Shown here one piece after another: positions 8,686 to 19,748 of a stretch of DNA of 32,000 nt. The stretch lies in the NCBI RefSeq assembly GCF_000196355.1, contig NC_007614.1:120001-152000 (forward strand). The letters run 5' to 3'. The DNA comes from Nitrosospira multiformis ATCC 25196. GTDB taxonomy: Bacteria > Pseudomonadota > Gammaproteobacteria > Burkholderiales > Nitrosomonadaceae. The translations under genes and the position numbers were made by a program. Numbering within the stretch: the first letter of the stretch is position 1; the number at the start of each line of letters is the position of its first letter. The notes under the pieces are model-generated. The model ran no database searches. It saw nothing but the letters and a program-made list of their open reading frames with translations, and was not told the origin of the DNA.

Positions 8686-9504
8686 CTAGAAGAATACATC
8701 TTGAATCAATGATGATTTTTCTATTGTCAGTTTGAACCCATAGGTTGTACTTACGTCATCAACCAACTCAAAAAACCATTTTGGAGCAAGGGGTGAAACA
8801 ATTACTCGCTCTATAAGTTTCTCAATGTTACATGGGATTGCCAAACCTAACTCGATATGCTCCGGCTTCATCAGCAGCGCACGTACCTCTCGTTCATGTT
8901 CGAATGATTTCTGCTTTCGCCAAAAGGCAGCGTTCAGATCCACAAAATCACTGTGCAAATCGACATACTCAACTCTGCCAATTTCAATTTCTGGATCCCT
9001 CCCGAGAGCTTGGTACAGGCCTTCGTATGTGGTTCTTATAGCAATTGCATTATTCACGGACGATGAATAGAGCTTCCACATCGCTTCAGATTCAAACTCG
9101 TTCTCGTGCCAACAACTTATAAACGTTCTCTTTCTATCAAGTTCTCCACCTTCTTCAAGCTCACGCAGCATTCTTATTGCCTCCGACTCGATCTCCTCAT
9201 CAGACAGGGGTGGACGGATATTAGTAGGGATAGTGCGAAGTGAATTCCGGAACGAATCCAGAAAGAATTCATCCCATAACCATTTGTTCTTTCGTAGCCC
9301 TTTTGCCCCCTCCCAAATATCATCAAAACAAACTGCGCTTGGAAAATATAGGGTTTTCGTGGAGAGGAGACTAACAAACTTTGTGAAGTCCATATATCTC
9401 CATAAGATGCTTTCTGCCTCTGGCACTTTATACCAGCGAGCCATGAAGTATTCACGTCTCACGGTTTCCGCTAAATCAGGAGAGCATTTCTTGCACACGT
9501 ACAT
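8686..9504 (-). CDS. DUF2971-like protein, possibly with an N-terminal zinc ribbon (start uncertain)
   Basis: 272 aa from ATG 9504. ILWRYMDFTKFVSLLSTKTLYFPSAVCFDDIWEG resembles the conserved N-terminal block of DUF2971 proteins. The frame stays open upstream to TAA 9691-9693 and encodes ..CTKC-x23-CKKC.., but contains no ATG/GTG/TTG. Confidence 0.6.
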   Translation of the reverse strand: MYVCKKCSPDLAETVRREYFMARWYKVPEAESILWRYMDFTKFVSLLSTKTLYFPSAVCFDDIWEGAKGLRKNKWLWDEFFLDSFRNSLRTIPTNIRPPLSDEEIESEAIRMLRELEEGGELDRKRTFISCWHENEFESEAMWKLYSSSVNNAIAIRTTYEGLYQALGRDPEIEIGRVEYVDLHSDFVDLNAAFWRKQKSFEHEREVRALLMKPEHIELGLAIPCNIEKLIERVIVSPLAPKWFFELVDDVSTTYGFKLTIEKSSLIQDVFF

Positions 9505-9767
9505 TGGGTCGCCGGCACTACCAAACCCCCAATACGAGGTATCCGACTCCTCGAACTTGTAGCCGCATTTAGTGCAGGTGTCATAGTGCTTGGACGCAAG
9601 GCGTTCTAGTTCGATGGGAATTTTGTCATCAGGCCTTGACCCAAGGCGTCCTATTTGAAAAGTAAATTCTTTATTAATTATGGGAATCCTTTATTACCTA
9701 TTAAAAACGAAGAAAAAGGTAGGGCGGTGGAGAGGTCATTATCCGTGATAAGGTCTGCGTGGGCTTC

Positions 9768-9983
9768 CTAAACTAGGTTGACCGCCTTTGGTGTCATGTC
9801 ATCATTAACATCAATGTATAGCTGAGCAGCCGCAATACTCTGATGTCCAGCTAAGGACATTGATACCCGAACTCCGACTCCTTTGCTTGCCAAGTTTGTA
9901 ATGAATGAGCACCTGCCGCTGTGACTCGTAGCACTGTCAATTCCCGCTTTTAAGTAGATAGCCTTGAATCCATTTCCTTTCAA
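9768..9983 (-). pseudogene. Tyrosine recombinase (phage integrase family), C-terminal remnant only
   Basis: ..ATSHSGRCSFITNLASKGVGVRVSMSLAGHQSIAAAQLYIDV carries the H-x-x-R, LAGH and catalytic Tyr boxes. An in-frame stop at 10038-10040 and the island end at ~10138 leave no room for the missing ~250 N-terminal residues. Confidence 0.7.
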
Positions 9984-10117
9984 TGGTTTATAATACAGTA
10001 CGTTGCATAATAACCCGTGTTTTATAGAAAGATTAGGTTACTGCTCGAGCACAACTTCTTATCTAAAAGGAGGTTCCATGTACATGTATATAGCCAAAAA
10101 TAATATGATATTTATTG

Positions 10118-10807
10118 TCATATAATAGGACATAGTGTCAGGAGACTATGACTGCCTGCCGCAGCAATTTCGAGCGCCCGCTTGGCCTGTGCCTGTCCTT
10201 TGACCTCTTCCATGCCGGGATAGCGAAGCGCACTTCCCTCACCCTCGCCTGTACCCGCATCCCTCTCCGCATGAAGCGAATAAAGCTGCAGAGGTTCACG
10301 CCCGGCAAGGTGGGCGCAAATCTGGAGCAGGGAAGTTGCGGGGTAAACTGCGGCTTCTCTGACCAGCGCTGCCTCTGCCGCATTTTGTTCAGGGAGCACG
10401 AAGCTGCGGCCCGAGCGGGCGGCACCATAAGTCATGGCGAGCGCCCCGCGGATGGCCCGCAGTTCTCCGGTCAGCGCCAGTTCTCCCGCCCATTCATAAT
10501 GGCCGAGCTTGTCCGATGGAATCTGGCCGGTTGCGGCCAATATACCCAACGCAATCGGCAGGTCGAAGCGGCCGCTTTCCTTGGGCAGGTCAGCCGGGGC
10601 AAGATTGACTGTGATGCGCCGAGGCGGAAATTCGAAGCGTGTGTTCTGCAGCGCGGCCCGCACGCGATCCTTGCTTTCCTTTACTTCCGCTTCCGGCAGG
10701 CCGACGATGGTAAAGCCCGGGAGCCCGTTGGCAATGTGAACTTCCACTGTTACCAGTGGCGCCTCCATGCCAGCGATAGCGCGGCTATAGAGAACAGCGA
10801 GCGGCAT
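10118..10807 (-). pseudogene. comM: comM/yifB (Mg-chelatase-like AAA protein), 5' fragment truncated at the island junction
   Basis: MPLAVLYSRAIAGMEAPLVTVEVHIANGLPGFTIVGLPEAEVKESKDRV.. through ..VKGQAQAKRALEIAAAGSHSLL matches the N-terminal part of ~500-aa ComM/YifB proteins. Similarity ends just before the expected Walker A. The ORF then finishes as TLCPII*, read from AT-rich DNA. Confidence 0.8.
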
Positions 10808-10912
10808 GCAAAAAAATTCTCAACCGGAATGAATCATCTGATACAGATAATAAACGGCAGAGTTGAGCATTTCTTGCGTGTTTAAAAACTGATGTAAAAT
10901 CTGGATAGCGTC

Positions 10913-11215
10913 TTACTCCGTCTCCGACAGATCATCCAGCGTTTCCGGGGGAACGTCCAGGGTGTTGGGCAGGGGGCCGCTCTTCGCAGCGCTTTCCAAT
11001 GCTGCCACCCGTGTTTCGAGCGCGATCAGCTTTTCACGCGTGCGCTTGAGCACCTCCTGCTGTACCTCGAATTCTTCGCGCGTTACCAGGTCCAGGCGGG
11101 TGAACACCGCTCCAAGCATGACGCGAAGATTCTTCTCGACATCCTTCACCGGGCTTTGCGCCACCAGTTCATTGACTTTGGTTACAATTTCATCCAGTAC
11201 TTTCTGATTAACCAT
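10913..11215 (-). CDS. ubiK: Ubiquinone biosynthesis accessory factor UbiK (YqiC/BMFP family)
   Basis: 100-aa coiled-coil protein. ..NLRVMLGAVFTRLDLVTREEFEVQQEVLKRTREKLIALETRVAALE is typical of UbiK. AGGAGG lies upstream of ATG 11215. Confidence 0.7.
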   Translation of the reverse strand: MVNQKVLDEIVTKVNELVAQSPVKDVEKNLRVMLGAVFTRLDLVTREEFEVQQEVLKRTREKLIALETRVAALESAAKSGPLPNTLDVPPETLDDLSETE

Positions 11216-11311
11216 AATTCCTCCTGTTTCCGCTTCGCCACCGGACCGGTGAGAAGCGATACTTGATGTTAAAATCTCATACTTCGATCAAATAGGCAAT
11301 CAGCAGATTAT

Positions 11312-13076
<1,765 letters not shown>

Positions 13077-13189
13077 ACTGCCTCCTGCCACCTCCCGGCG
13101 CTCCGGAATCAGGCGGGAGCGGGATCAGGGAAAAGAATGGGCCGATTTACTTTGCTTTATCATTCAGATACTGTAAAAATGCTTGCTAA

Positions 13190-14512
13190 ATGACCCCCGT
13201 TAAATCCTTCGCCGATCGTCGCCACTCCCTGGCATGGCAAATGCAGGAAGGCGTTGCCATCATTCCCACTGCCCCTGAGCACCTGCGGAACCGGGATGCG
13301 CATTATCCTTACCGTTTCGACAGCTATTTCTATTATCTGACGGGCTTTACCGAGCCGGAGGCAGTGCTGGTGATCGTAGCCGGGCCCGTGGATGGGGTAT
13401 CGAAACACATCCTGTTTTGCCGGGAGAAAAATGCCGAGCGAGAGATATGGGATGGGTACCGTTATGGCCCCGAAGCGGCCCGGGAAGCGTTCGGGTTCGA
13501 CGAGGCCTATTCCATCTCTGCACTGGATGAGCAGTTGCCCAAGCTGATTGCGGGACAACCGGCAATCTATTACTCGCTGGGTCACGACGCGGCCTGGGAC
13601 AGGCGGGTAGTGGGGTGGATCAATGAAGTGCGGCAACAGGTGCGCAGCGGCCTTACTCCCCCCGAGGACATTCGCGATATTCGCCGGCTGCTGGACGAGA
13701 TGCGTTTGTTCAAAAGCCCGGAAGAGCTGCAGGTTATGCGCCAGGCGGCACGGATTTCGGCGGGTGCGCATCAGCACGTCATGCGGAAAACTCGCGTTGG
13801 CATGAGGGAGTATGAAGTGGAGGCGGAACTGCTGCGCGAATTCCGCCGCCACGGAGCTCAAGCGCCGGCTTACACCCTGATTGTTGCCGGGGGAGCGAAC
13901 GCTTGCGTGCTTCATTATGTCGAAAACAAGGACAGGCTGAATGAAGGCGAATTGTTGCTGATCGACGCAGGCTGCGAACTGGACGGCTATGCATCTGATA
14001 TCACGCGTACCTTTCCGGTCAACGGAAAATTCAGTGCGGCACAAAAGGATTTGTACGAACTGGTGTTATATGCCCAGGCGGCGGCGATAGCCGAGGTAAG
14101 GCCCGGTAATTCCTGGGACGCTCCGCACAATGCAGCCATTGCCGTACTCTCGCAGGGCTTCATTGAATACGGTCTGTGCCGCGGCAGCCTGGAGGAGGTA
14201 GTGGAAACGGAAGGCTACAAGCGTTTCTATATGCACCGCACCGGTCATTGGCTGGGGTTGGACGTGCATGACGCCGGGGAATACAAGCAGAATGGAAGAT
14301 GGCGCGCTTTACTCCCGGGAATGACCCTGACAGTGGAACCGGGGTGTTACATCCGCCCTGCGGATGATGTACCCGCCCATTTTCATAATATCGGCATCCG
14401 TATCGAAGACGATGTTACGGTAACGGAGGAGGGGTGTGAAGTATTGACGTCAGCTGCTCCAAAGATGGTGGATGAGATTGAAGAACTGATGCGACGGCGG
14501 AAATCGAAATAA
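13190..14512 (+). CDS. pepP: Xaa-Pro aminopeptidase (aminopeptidase P)
   Basis: 440-aa ORF with M24B motifs LLIDAGCELDGYASDITRT, HRTGHWLGLDVHD, GMTLTVEPG and GIRIEDD. It shows the conserved pepP-ubiH adjacency. Confidence 0.9.
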   Translation: MTPVKSFADRRHSLAWQMQEGVAIIPTAPEHLRNRDAHYPYRFDSYFYYLTGFTEPEAVLVIVAGPVDGVSKHILFCREKNAEREIWDGYRYGPEAAREAFGFDEAYSISALDEQLPKLIAGQPAIYYSLGHDAAWDRRVVGWINEVRQQVRSGLTPPEDIRDIRRLLDEMRLFKSPEELQVMRQAARISAGAHQHVMRKTRVGMREYEVEAELLREFRRHGAQAPAYTLIVAGGANACVLHYVENKDRLNEGELLLIDAGCELDGYASDITRTFPVNGKFSAAQKDLYELVLYAQAAAIAEVRPGNSWDAPHNAAIAVLSQGFIEYGLCRGSLEEVVETEGYKRFYMHRTGHWLGLDVHDAGEYKQNGRWRALLPGMTLTVEPGCYIRPADDVPAHFHNIGIRIEDDVTVTEEGCEVLTSAAPKMVDEIEELMRRRKSK

Positions 14513-14856
14513 TGGATGAAAACCCTCGAATAGTTATCAGACGCATAACCCGCGATGGACGCACGGGAGCGCCGGAAGAGTCCCTCTTCAGAGCGGGTGG
14601 AGGGGGTGGTCGTTTGCTCACCTATCTGTTTCTGGTCCCTGTGTTTATCGTCATGGCAGTCCTGGGCATTTTCTTTTTTACCGCTTTTCTTGCATTATTT
14701 GCGGTCGCCGCCGGTGGTCTCGCATTCCGTATATGGTGGTTGCGACGCAAGTTGCAGAAATCCGGGCAGGCCGCGGAAGGAGATTATGTTGTCATCGAAG
14801 ACGCGGAAATTGTCGAAGAGCGCGTTGACAAGACAAAAGGCCGCCAGGGGCAGTAG
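14512..14856 (+). CDS. Small membrane protein, hypothetical
   Basis: 114-aa ORF whose ATG overlaps the pepP stop (TAATG). Two hydrophobic helices (LLTYLFLVPVFIVMAVLGIFFFTAFLALFAVAAGGLAF). No family recognised. Confidence 0.45.
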   Translation: MDENPRIVIRRITRDGRTGAPEESLFRAGGGGGRLLTYLFLVPVFIVMAVLGIFFFTAFLALFAVAAGGLAFRIWWLRRKLQKSGQAAEGDYVVIEDAEIVEERVDKTKGRQGQ

Positions 14857-14928
14857 TGCTCAGCAGCAGTGGCAGCCAGGAGTAACCAGGGGCAATAACA
14901 GAAATCCGCTTCACAAGCCAGCTTTTCC

Positions 14929-16236
14929 ATGATCGACGCTCAATATCAATATGACTACGACCTGATCATCATCGGCGGCGGTCCGGTGGGCATGGCGTTG
15001 GCTCTCGCCCTACGGAACAGCGGGTTGTCGGTGCTGTTGCTGGAGGCGCGCGGGTTGCCGGAAAAAGCGGAAGACCCGCGTCCTCTGGCATTATCCCAAG
15101 GCAGCCGGCTTGTCCTGCAGCGGCTGGGTGTCTGGAAGGCGCTATCCGACGTTACTCCTATCTTCACCATTCATGTCTCCAACCAGGGAGGGCTCGGCCG
15201 AACCGTGATGATGGCCCGTGAAATAGGCGTGCCCGCGCTGGGATACGTAGTGAATTACGATGAAGTGTTCCGTGCAATGCACAAGGCCCTTCAAAAGTGC
15301 AAAATGGATTACCTGACAGGAGCGCAGGTAACCCATATGGAAGCAAGCGACGGATTTGGACGGGTGGAATTTGAACATGAGGGGATAACAAAAAAGGCAA
15401 CAGCCAGGCTGCTGGCCGTGGCCGACGGGGGCCGTCTCACCGCACAGATCGAAGGCATCACGCAACAGGTGCATGACTACGAGCAATGGGCGATTGTTGC
15501 GCGTGTAAAGACCGAGCATTTTGAGGAGCATTTGGCGGAGCAGGTTTCCAGAACAGAATTATCAGATGCAAAACAGTCGCTTGCGCGAGTTCGAACGAGA
15601 CCGGGAATGCGGTCCTTGCAGGCCAAGGCTGCGGAGGATGCTCCTAGAAGCCATCAACCCGGTGTGGCTTATGAACGCTTCACTCCGGAGGGTCCCGTTG
15701 CACTACTGCCCGCGGGCGACGGCTTTGCACTGGTATGGACCATCTCTCCCGACAGGGTGCAGGAAATTCTCGGGCTGGATGATGCCGCCTTTCTTGAGCG
15801 GTTACACGGCCATTTCGGCGATCGTCTCGGCAGATTTGTTGAAGCCGGCAAGCGCTCCGGTTTTCCCCTTGCACTCAAGTACGCGACTCCTGTCACGGCC
15901 TCTCGCACCGTGTTGATTGGCAATGCCGCCCAGACGCTGCACCCGGTTGCCGGACAGGGCTTCAACCTGGGGCTGCGCGATGCGTGGGAGCTGGCTGAGG
16001 AAATTATGGCATTTCCTGCGGAAACCGGTACACCTGCCATGCTTGCCCGCTACAGCAGCAAGCGCCGGTTGGACAGCAACATGGGACGTACCTTCACGCA
16101 CTCGCTGGTTAAACTCTTTTCCAACGGCAATCCCTTTTTGAGCACGGTGCGCGGCGCGGGGTTAAGTGCGCTCGATTGCCTGCCACAGCTCAAAAAGTTC
16201 GTTGCGCGGCGCATGATATTCGGTGCAAGAGGTTGA
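14929..16236 (+). CDS. ubiH: UbiH/UbiF/VisC/COQ6-family FAD-dependent ubiquinone hydroxylase
   Basis: FAD fingerprint DLIIIGGGPVGMALALAL and GNAAQTLHPVAGQGFNLGLRD. It lies downstream of pepP as in E. coli. It contains an extra ~44-codon segment (see findings). Confidence 0.85.
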   Translation: MIDAQYQYDYDLIIIGGGPVGMALALALRNSGLSVLLLEARGLPEKAEDPRPLALSQGSRLVLQRLGVWKALSDVTPIFTIHVSNQGGLGRTVMMAREIGVPALGYVVNYDEVFRAMHKALQKCKMDYLTGAQVTHMEASDGFGRVEFEHEGITKKATARLLAVADGGRLTAQIEGITQQVHDYEQWAIVARVKTEHFEEHLAEQVSRTELSDAKQSLARVRTRPGMRSLQAKAAEDAPRSHQPGVAYERFTPEGPVALLPAGDGFALVWTISPDRVQEILGLDDAAFLERLHGHFGDRLGRFVEAGKRSGFPLALKYATPVTASRTVLIGNAAQTLHPVAGQGFNLGLRDAWELAEEIMAFPAETGTPAMLARYSSKRRLDSNMGRTFTHSLVKLFSNGNPFLSTVRGAGLSALDCLPQLKKFVARRMIFGARG

Positions 16237-16564
16237 TCCCGGGGATGAAGTTGAGATCGCCCGAGCATGCACGCCCCCGTCCGTTCGTGAAGCGCAAAAC
16301 GGATAAGGGTCAGAGCGGTTTGGCGCAAGATAACGCGCCGGAAAAGGCTGCACGCGCATGGCGAAATCTGCTTAAATCTGCTTTCCAGCAACGGGATTTG
16401 CTTCGCCATGAATCGGCTGGTACTCTCTCCTTGCCGCGGCAGCTCTGCTACCGAGGCCTTATCGAAAGCGGCAGGGCTGCTACCCTAATCTGCAATAGCT
16501 GTTAGAATTACGTCCATTCTCATCCCTTGCCCGTCGCCGCACTTTGGCGGGCCAGTTCAGAATC

Positions 16565-17578
16565 ATGAAAATCGGTTCTCATACTCTCAAAAACAACCTT
16601 ATCGTGGCGCCTATGGCGGGAGTGACAGATCGCCCGTTCAGGCAATTGTGCAAAAGCATGGGCGCCGGAATGGCTGTGTCCGAAATGGTGTCGAGCAATT
16701 CGCTCCTCTGGGGTTCCGAGAAGACACGCCGCCGCGCCAATCATGAAGGCGAGGTGGATCCGATCTCGGTGCAGATCGCCGGCGCCGACCCGGCGATGAT
16801 GGCGGAAGCTGCGCGCTACAATGTCGCGCAAGGAGCCCAGATCATCGACATCAACATGGGTTGCCCTGCCAAGAAGATTTGTAATGTCATGGCAGGCTCT
16901 GCATTGCTGCAGGACCCGCCGCTGGTCGGGCGGATTCTGGATGCCGTCATAGGCGCGGTGAGGGTGCCTGTCACCCTCAAGATTCGCACGGGGTGGGATA
17001 CCCAGCACAAGAATGCGCTCTCCATTGCCCGCATTGCGGAGAATGCCGGCATCCAGGCGCTTGCTATCCATGGACGTACGCGCGCCTGTGCTTACACCGG
17101 CCATGCCGAATACGATACCATCGCGGCAGTCAAGGCTGAGGTGCGGATTCCCGTTGTCGCCAATGGGGACATTACAACACCGGAAAAAGCAAAACACGTG
17201 CTTGACTACACGGGAGCGGATGCGGTCATGATCGGCCGCGCAGCACAAGGCCGCCCCTGGATTTTTCGCGAGATCGATCACTATCTGGCTACCGGCTCAC
17301 ACCTTCCGCTGCCTGAAGTAGCGGAGATTCACCGTGTACTCGTCGCACATTTGCACGATCTATATAGCTTCTATGGCGAGTATTCGGGGGTCCGCATCGC
17401 CCGCAAGCATATTTCCTGGTATACCAAAGGACTGGTCGGGTCAGCGGGTTTCCGTCATGCCATGAACCAGCTGCAGTCTACGGACCAGCAGCTGTCTGCG
17501 GTTAACGACTTTTTCAGTGAGCTTGCCGGCTACGGGCGGCGGTTGACCTACGTCGAGGCTGAGGAACTGGTGGCATGA
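16565..17578 (+). CDS. dusB: tRNA-dihydrouridine synthase B
   Basis: NNLIVAPMAGVTDRPFRQLC, DINMGCPAKK and the dusB-fis operon (ATGA overlap at 17575-17578). ATG 16565 is preferred over TTG 16544. Confidence 0.9.
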   Translation: MKIGSHTLKNNLIVAPMAGVTDRPFRQLCKSMGAGMAVSEMVSSNSLLWGSEKTRRRANHEGEVDPISVQIAGADPAMMAEAARYNVAQGAQIIDINMGCPAKKICNVMAGSALLQDPPLVGRILDAVIGAVRVPVTLKIRTGWDTQHKNALSIARIAENAGIQALAIHGRTRACAYTGHAEYDTIAAVKAEVRIPVVANGDITTPEKAKHVLDYTGADAVMIGRAAQGRPWIFREIDHYLATGSHLPLPEVAEIHRVLVAHLHDLYSFYGEYSGVRIARKHISWYTKGLVGSAGFRHAMNQLQSTDQQLSAVNDFFSELAGYGRRLTYVEAEELVA

Positions 17579-17817
17579 GCATAATTAACGAAAACGATAT
17601 CGCGCGGTGCGTACGCAAAACGGTCGAAGATTACTTTAACGATCTCGACGGGGAGAAGCCGCATGCCATCCATGAAATGGTGATACGCAGCGTGGAAAAG
17701 CCCCTGATCGAACTGGTCATGGAAAGAGCCGGGGGTAATCAAACCCGTGCCGCCGAATTGCTCGGCATCAACCGCAATACGCTGCGCAATAAAATGAAGC
17801 AGTATCAGATCAAATAG
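17575..17817 (+). CDS. fis: DNA-binding protein Fis
   Basis: 80-aa ORF with C-terminal HTH GGNQTRAAELLGINRNTLRNKMKQY, as in Fis. It is coupled to dusB. Confidence 0.85.
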   Translation: MSIINENDIARCVRKTVEDYFNDLDGEKPHAIHEMVIRSVEKPLIELVMERAGGNQTRAAELLGINRNTLRNKMKQYQIK

Positions 17818-17926
17818 ACGCTCGGGCAAAATTGTCGTTACGCGCCTGAAGGTCAGCCGCAAGCGGGCCAATTAACGGTTGTAATGCATCACGCTACAGA
17901 CCCATCCTGATTCAATAAAAATACGA

Positions 17927-19489
17927 ATGTCGATTAAACAGGCCCTGATCAGTGTTTCAGATAAAAGCGGTATTGTCGAGTTTGCTCAAGCGCTGCACAA
18001 ACTTGGAGTAACCATTCTGTCAACGGGCGGCACCGCCAGACTTTTGAGGGATGCCGGCGTTGCCGTGACCGAGGTCGGGAGCTACACCGGCTTTCCCGAG
18101 ATGCTGGATGGGCGGGTCAAGACCCTGCATCCAAAAATACACGCGGGAATTCTGGCCAGACGGGATTTGTCCGAGCATGTGTCCGCGCTGGAAAAGGCGG
18201 AAATTCCTGCCATCGATCTGGTAGTAGTGAATCTCTATCCTTTCAGCCAGACAGTGGCGCAGCCGGATTGCAGTCTGGAAGAGGCCATTGAAAATATCGA
18301 TATCGGCGGCCCGACCATGGTGCGCGCTGCGGCCAAGAACTACCAGAGCGTGGCCGTAGTCACCGATCCGGCGGATTACCCCGCGTTACTTGACGAGATG
18401 AAGACTGCCGGCGGCGAGGTTACGCCTGAGTTCCGGTTCCGGCTGGCGTGCAAGGCGTTTTCGCATACAGCCGCCTATGATGGGGCGATCAGCAACTACC
18501 TCACCTCCATCGAGGGGGAAAATGCACAACGTCGTACCTTTCCGGAACGCCTGAATCTCAATTTCAGCCTGGTGCAGCCTCTGCGCTACGGGGAAAACCC
18601 GCATCAGCAGGCCGCCTTTTACCGCGATCCGCAACTCGTTCCCGGCAGCCTTGCAAGCTACAGGCAGTTGCAGGGCAAGGAGCTCTCTTACAACAACATC
18701 GCGGACGCGGATGCCGCCTGGGAATGCGTAAAGACGTTTGATTCCCCGGCCTGTGTCATCATCAAGCATGCCAATCCTTGCGGCGTGGCAATCAGCGATT
18801 CGCCGCTCGCGGCTTACAAGCTTGCATTTGCCACCGATCCCACTTCCGCATTCGGCGGCATTATCGCTTTCAATCGCACGCTGGACGCCTCGGCCGCCGA
18901 GGCGGTGATGAGCCAGTTTGTCGAAGTGATCATCGCGCCGCAAATGACCGACGAGGCAAGGCAGATGCTCGCGCGCAAAGCCAATGTGCGCGTGCTGACC
19001 GTGCCGCTCCAGGCGGGGAACAACGCCCACGACTTCAAGCGAGTGGGTGGAGGATTGCTGGTGCAGACTCCGGACAATCTCAACGTTACCCCTAACCAAT
19101 TGAAGGTGGTGACCGAAGTCCAGCCAACAGCGCAGCAATTGCAGGACCTGCTGTTTGCCTGGCGGGTGGCGAAATTCGTCAAATCGAATGCCATCGTCTT
19201 TTGTGCCAACGGCCGCACGCTTGGCGTGGGCGCCGGACAGATGAGCAGGGTGGATAGCGCGCGCATTGCCTCCATCAAAGCCGGGAACGCGAACCTCACC
19301 CTGGCAGGCTCGGTAGTGGCATCCGATGCCTTCTTCCCTTTCCGCGACGGACTGGATGTCGTCGTCCAGGCGGGGGCGGTGGCGGTCATCCAGCCGGGGG
19401 GCAGTGTGCGGGATGAAGAGGTTATCGCTGCGGCGGATGAACAAGGGGTGGCAATGGTATTTACCGGCGTGCGCCATTTCAGGCATTGA
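17927..19489 (+). CDS. purH: Bifunctional AICAR transformylase / IMP cyclohydrolase
   Basis: 520-aa ORF. The N-terminus [24 protein letters not shown] (MGS-like) and C-terminal end ..[10 protein letters not shown] are typical of PurH. Confidence 0.95.
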   Translation: MSIKQALISVSDKSGIVEFAQALHKLGVTILSTGGTARLLRDAGVAVTEVGSYTGFPEMLDGRVKTLHPKIHAGILARRDLSEHVSALEKAEIPAIDLVVVNLYPFSQTVAQPDCSLEEAIENIDIGGPTMVRAAAKNYQSVAVVTDPADYPALLDEMKTAGGEVTPEFRFRLACKAFSHTAAYDGAISNYLTSIEGENAQRRTFPERLNLNFSLVQPLRYGENPHQQAAFYRDPQLVPGSLASYRQLQGKELSYNNIADADAAWECVKTFDSPACVIIKHANPCGVAISDSPLAAYKLAFATDPTSAFGGIIAFNRTLDASAAEAVMSQFVEVIIAPQMTDEARQMLARKANVRVLTVPLQAGNNAHDFKRVGGGLLVQTPDNLNVTPNQLKVVTEVQPTAQQLQDLLFAWRVAKFVKSNAIVFCANGRTLGVGAGQMSRVDSARIASIKAGNANLTLAGSVVASDAFFPFRDGLDVVVQAGAVAVIQPGGSVRDEEVIAAADEQGVAMVFTGVRHFRH

Positions 19490-19748
19490 ATTCAAGCATT
19501 GAATGCATGGAAAAAGCGGTTGTTCAATGCCGGCCGAGCCACCTCTCCCATACCCGAACCCCGCATAGCCCTCCTTTTGGGTCGATAGTGCGCAATGCAA
19601 TGCTCAATGAATAAAAATTTCTTTGTTTCCTGGTTATTGATTTTTGCTTTTCTATGAATCCCTCGATCAACCCAACCCATTATCCGCTAGAGGCGGATAG
19701 CACAGCCCGATTCGCAAGGGGACTCCTTGCAGTTCTGAATCCAGAGAT

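Noticed and set aside
10148-10885. 245-aa plus-strand ORF
   Set aside because: Antisense to the comM fragment. No motifs.
13160-14044. 294-aa ORF on the minus strand
   Set aside because: It lies entirely antisense to the well-supported pepP gene. It is a typical shadow ORF of GC-rich DNA with no recognisable motifs.
16176-16505. ORFs in and around the ubiH-dusB intergenic region (16176-16505 +, 16050-16409 -)
   Set aside because: They overlap the ubiH 3' end and each other. Arg-rich, with no motifs or RBS.
16520-17281. 253-aa minus-strand ORF
   Set aside because: Antisense to dusB, which has clear family motifs.
18386-19600. 404-aa minus-strand ORF (plus 18778-19095 and 18814-19389)
   Set aside because: It is antisense to, or out of frame within, purH. 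The Arg/Gly/His-rich composition is typical of shadow frames.
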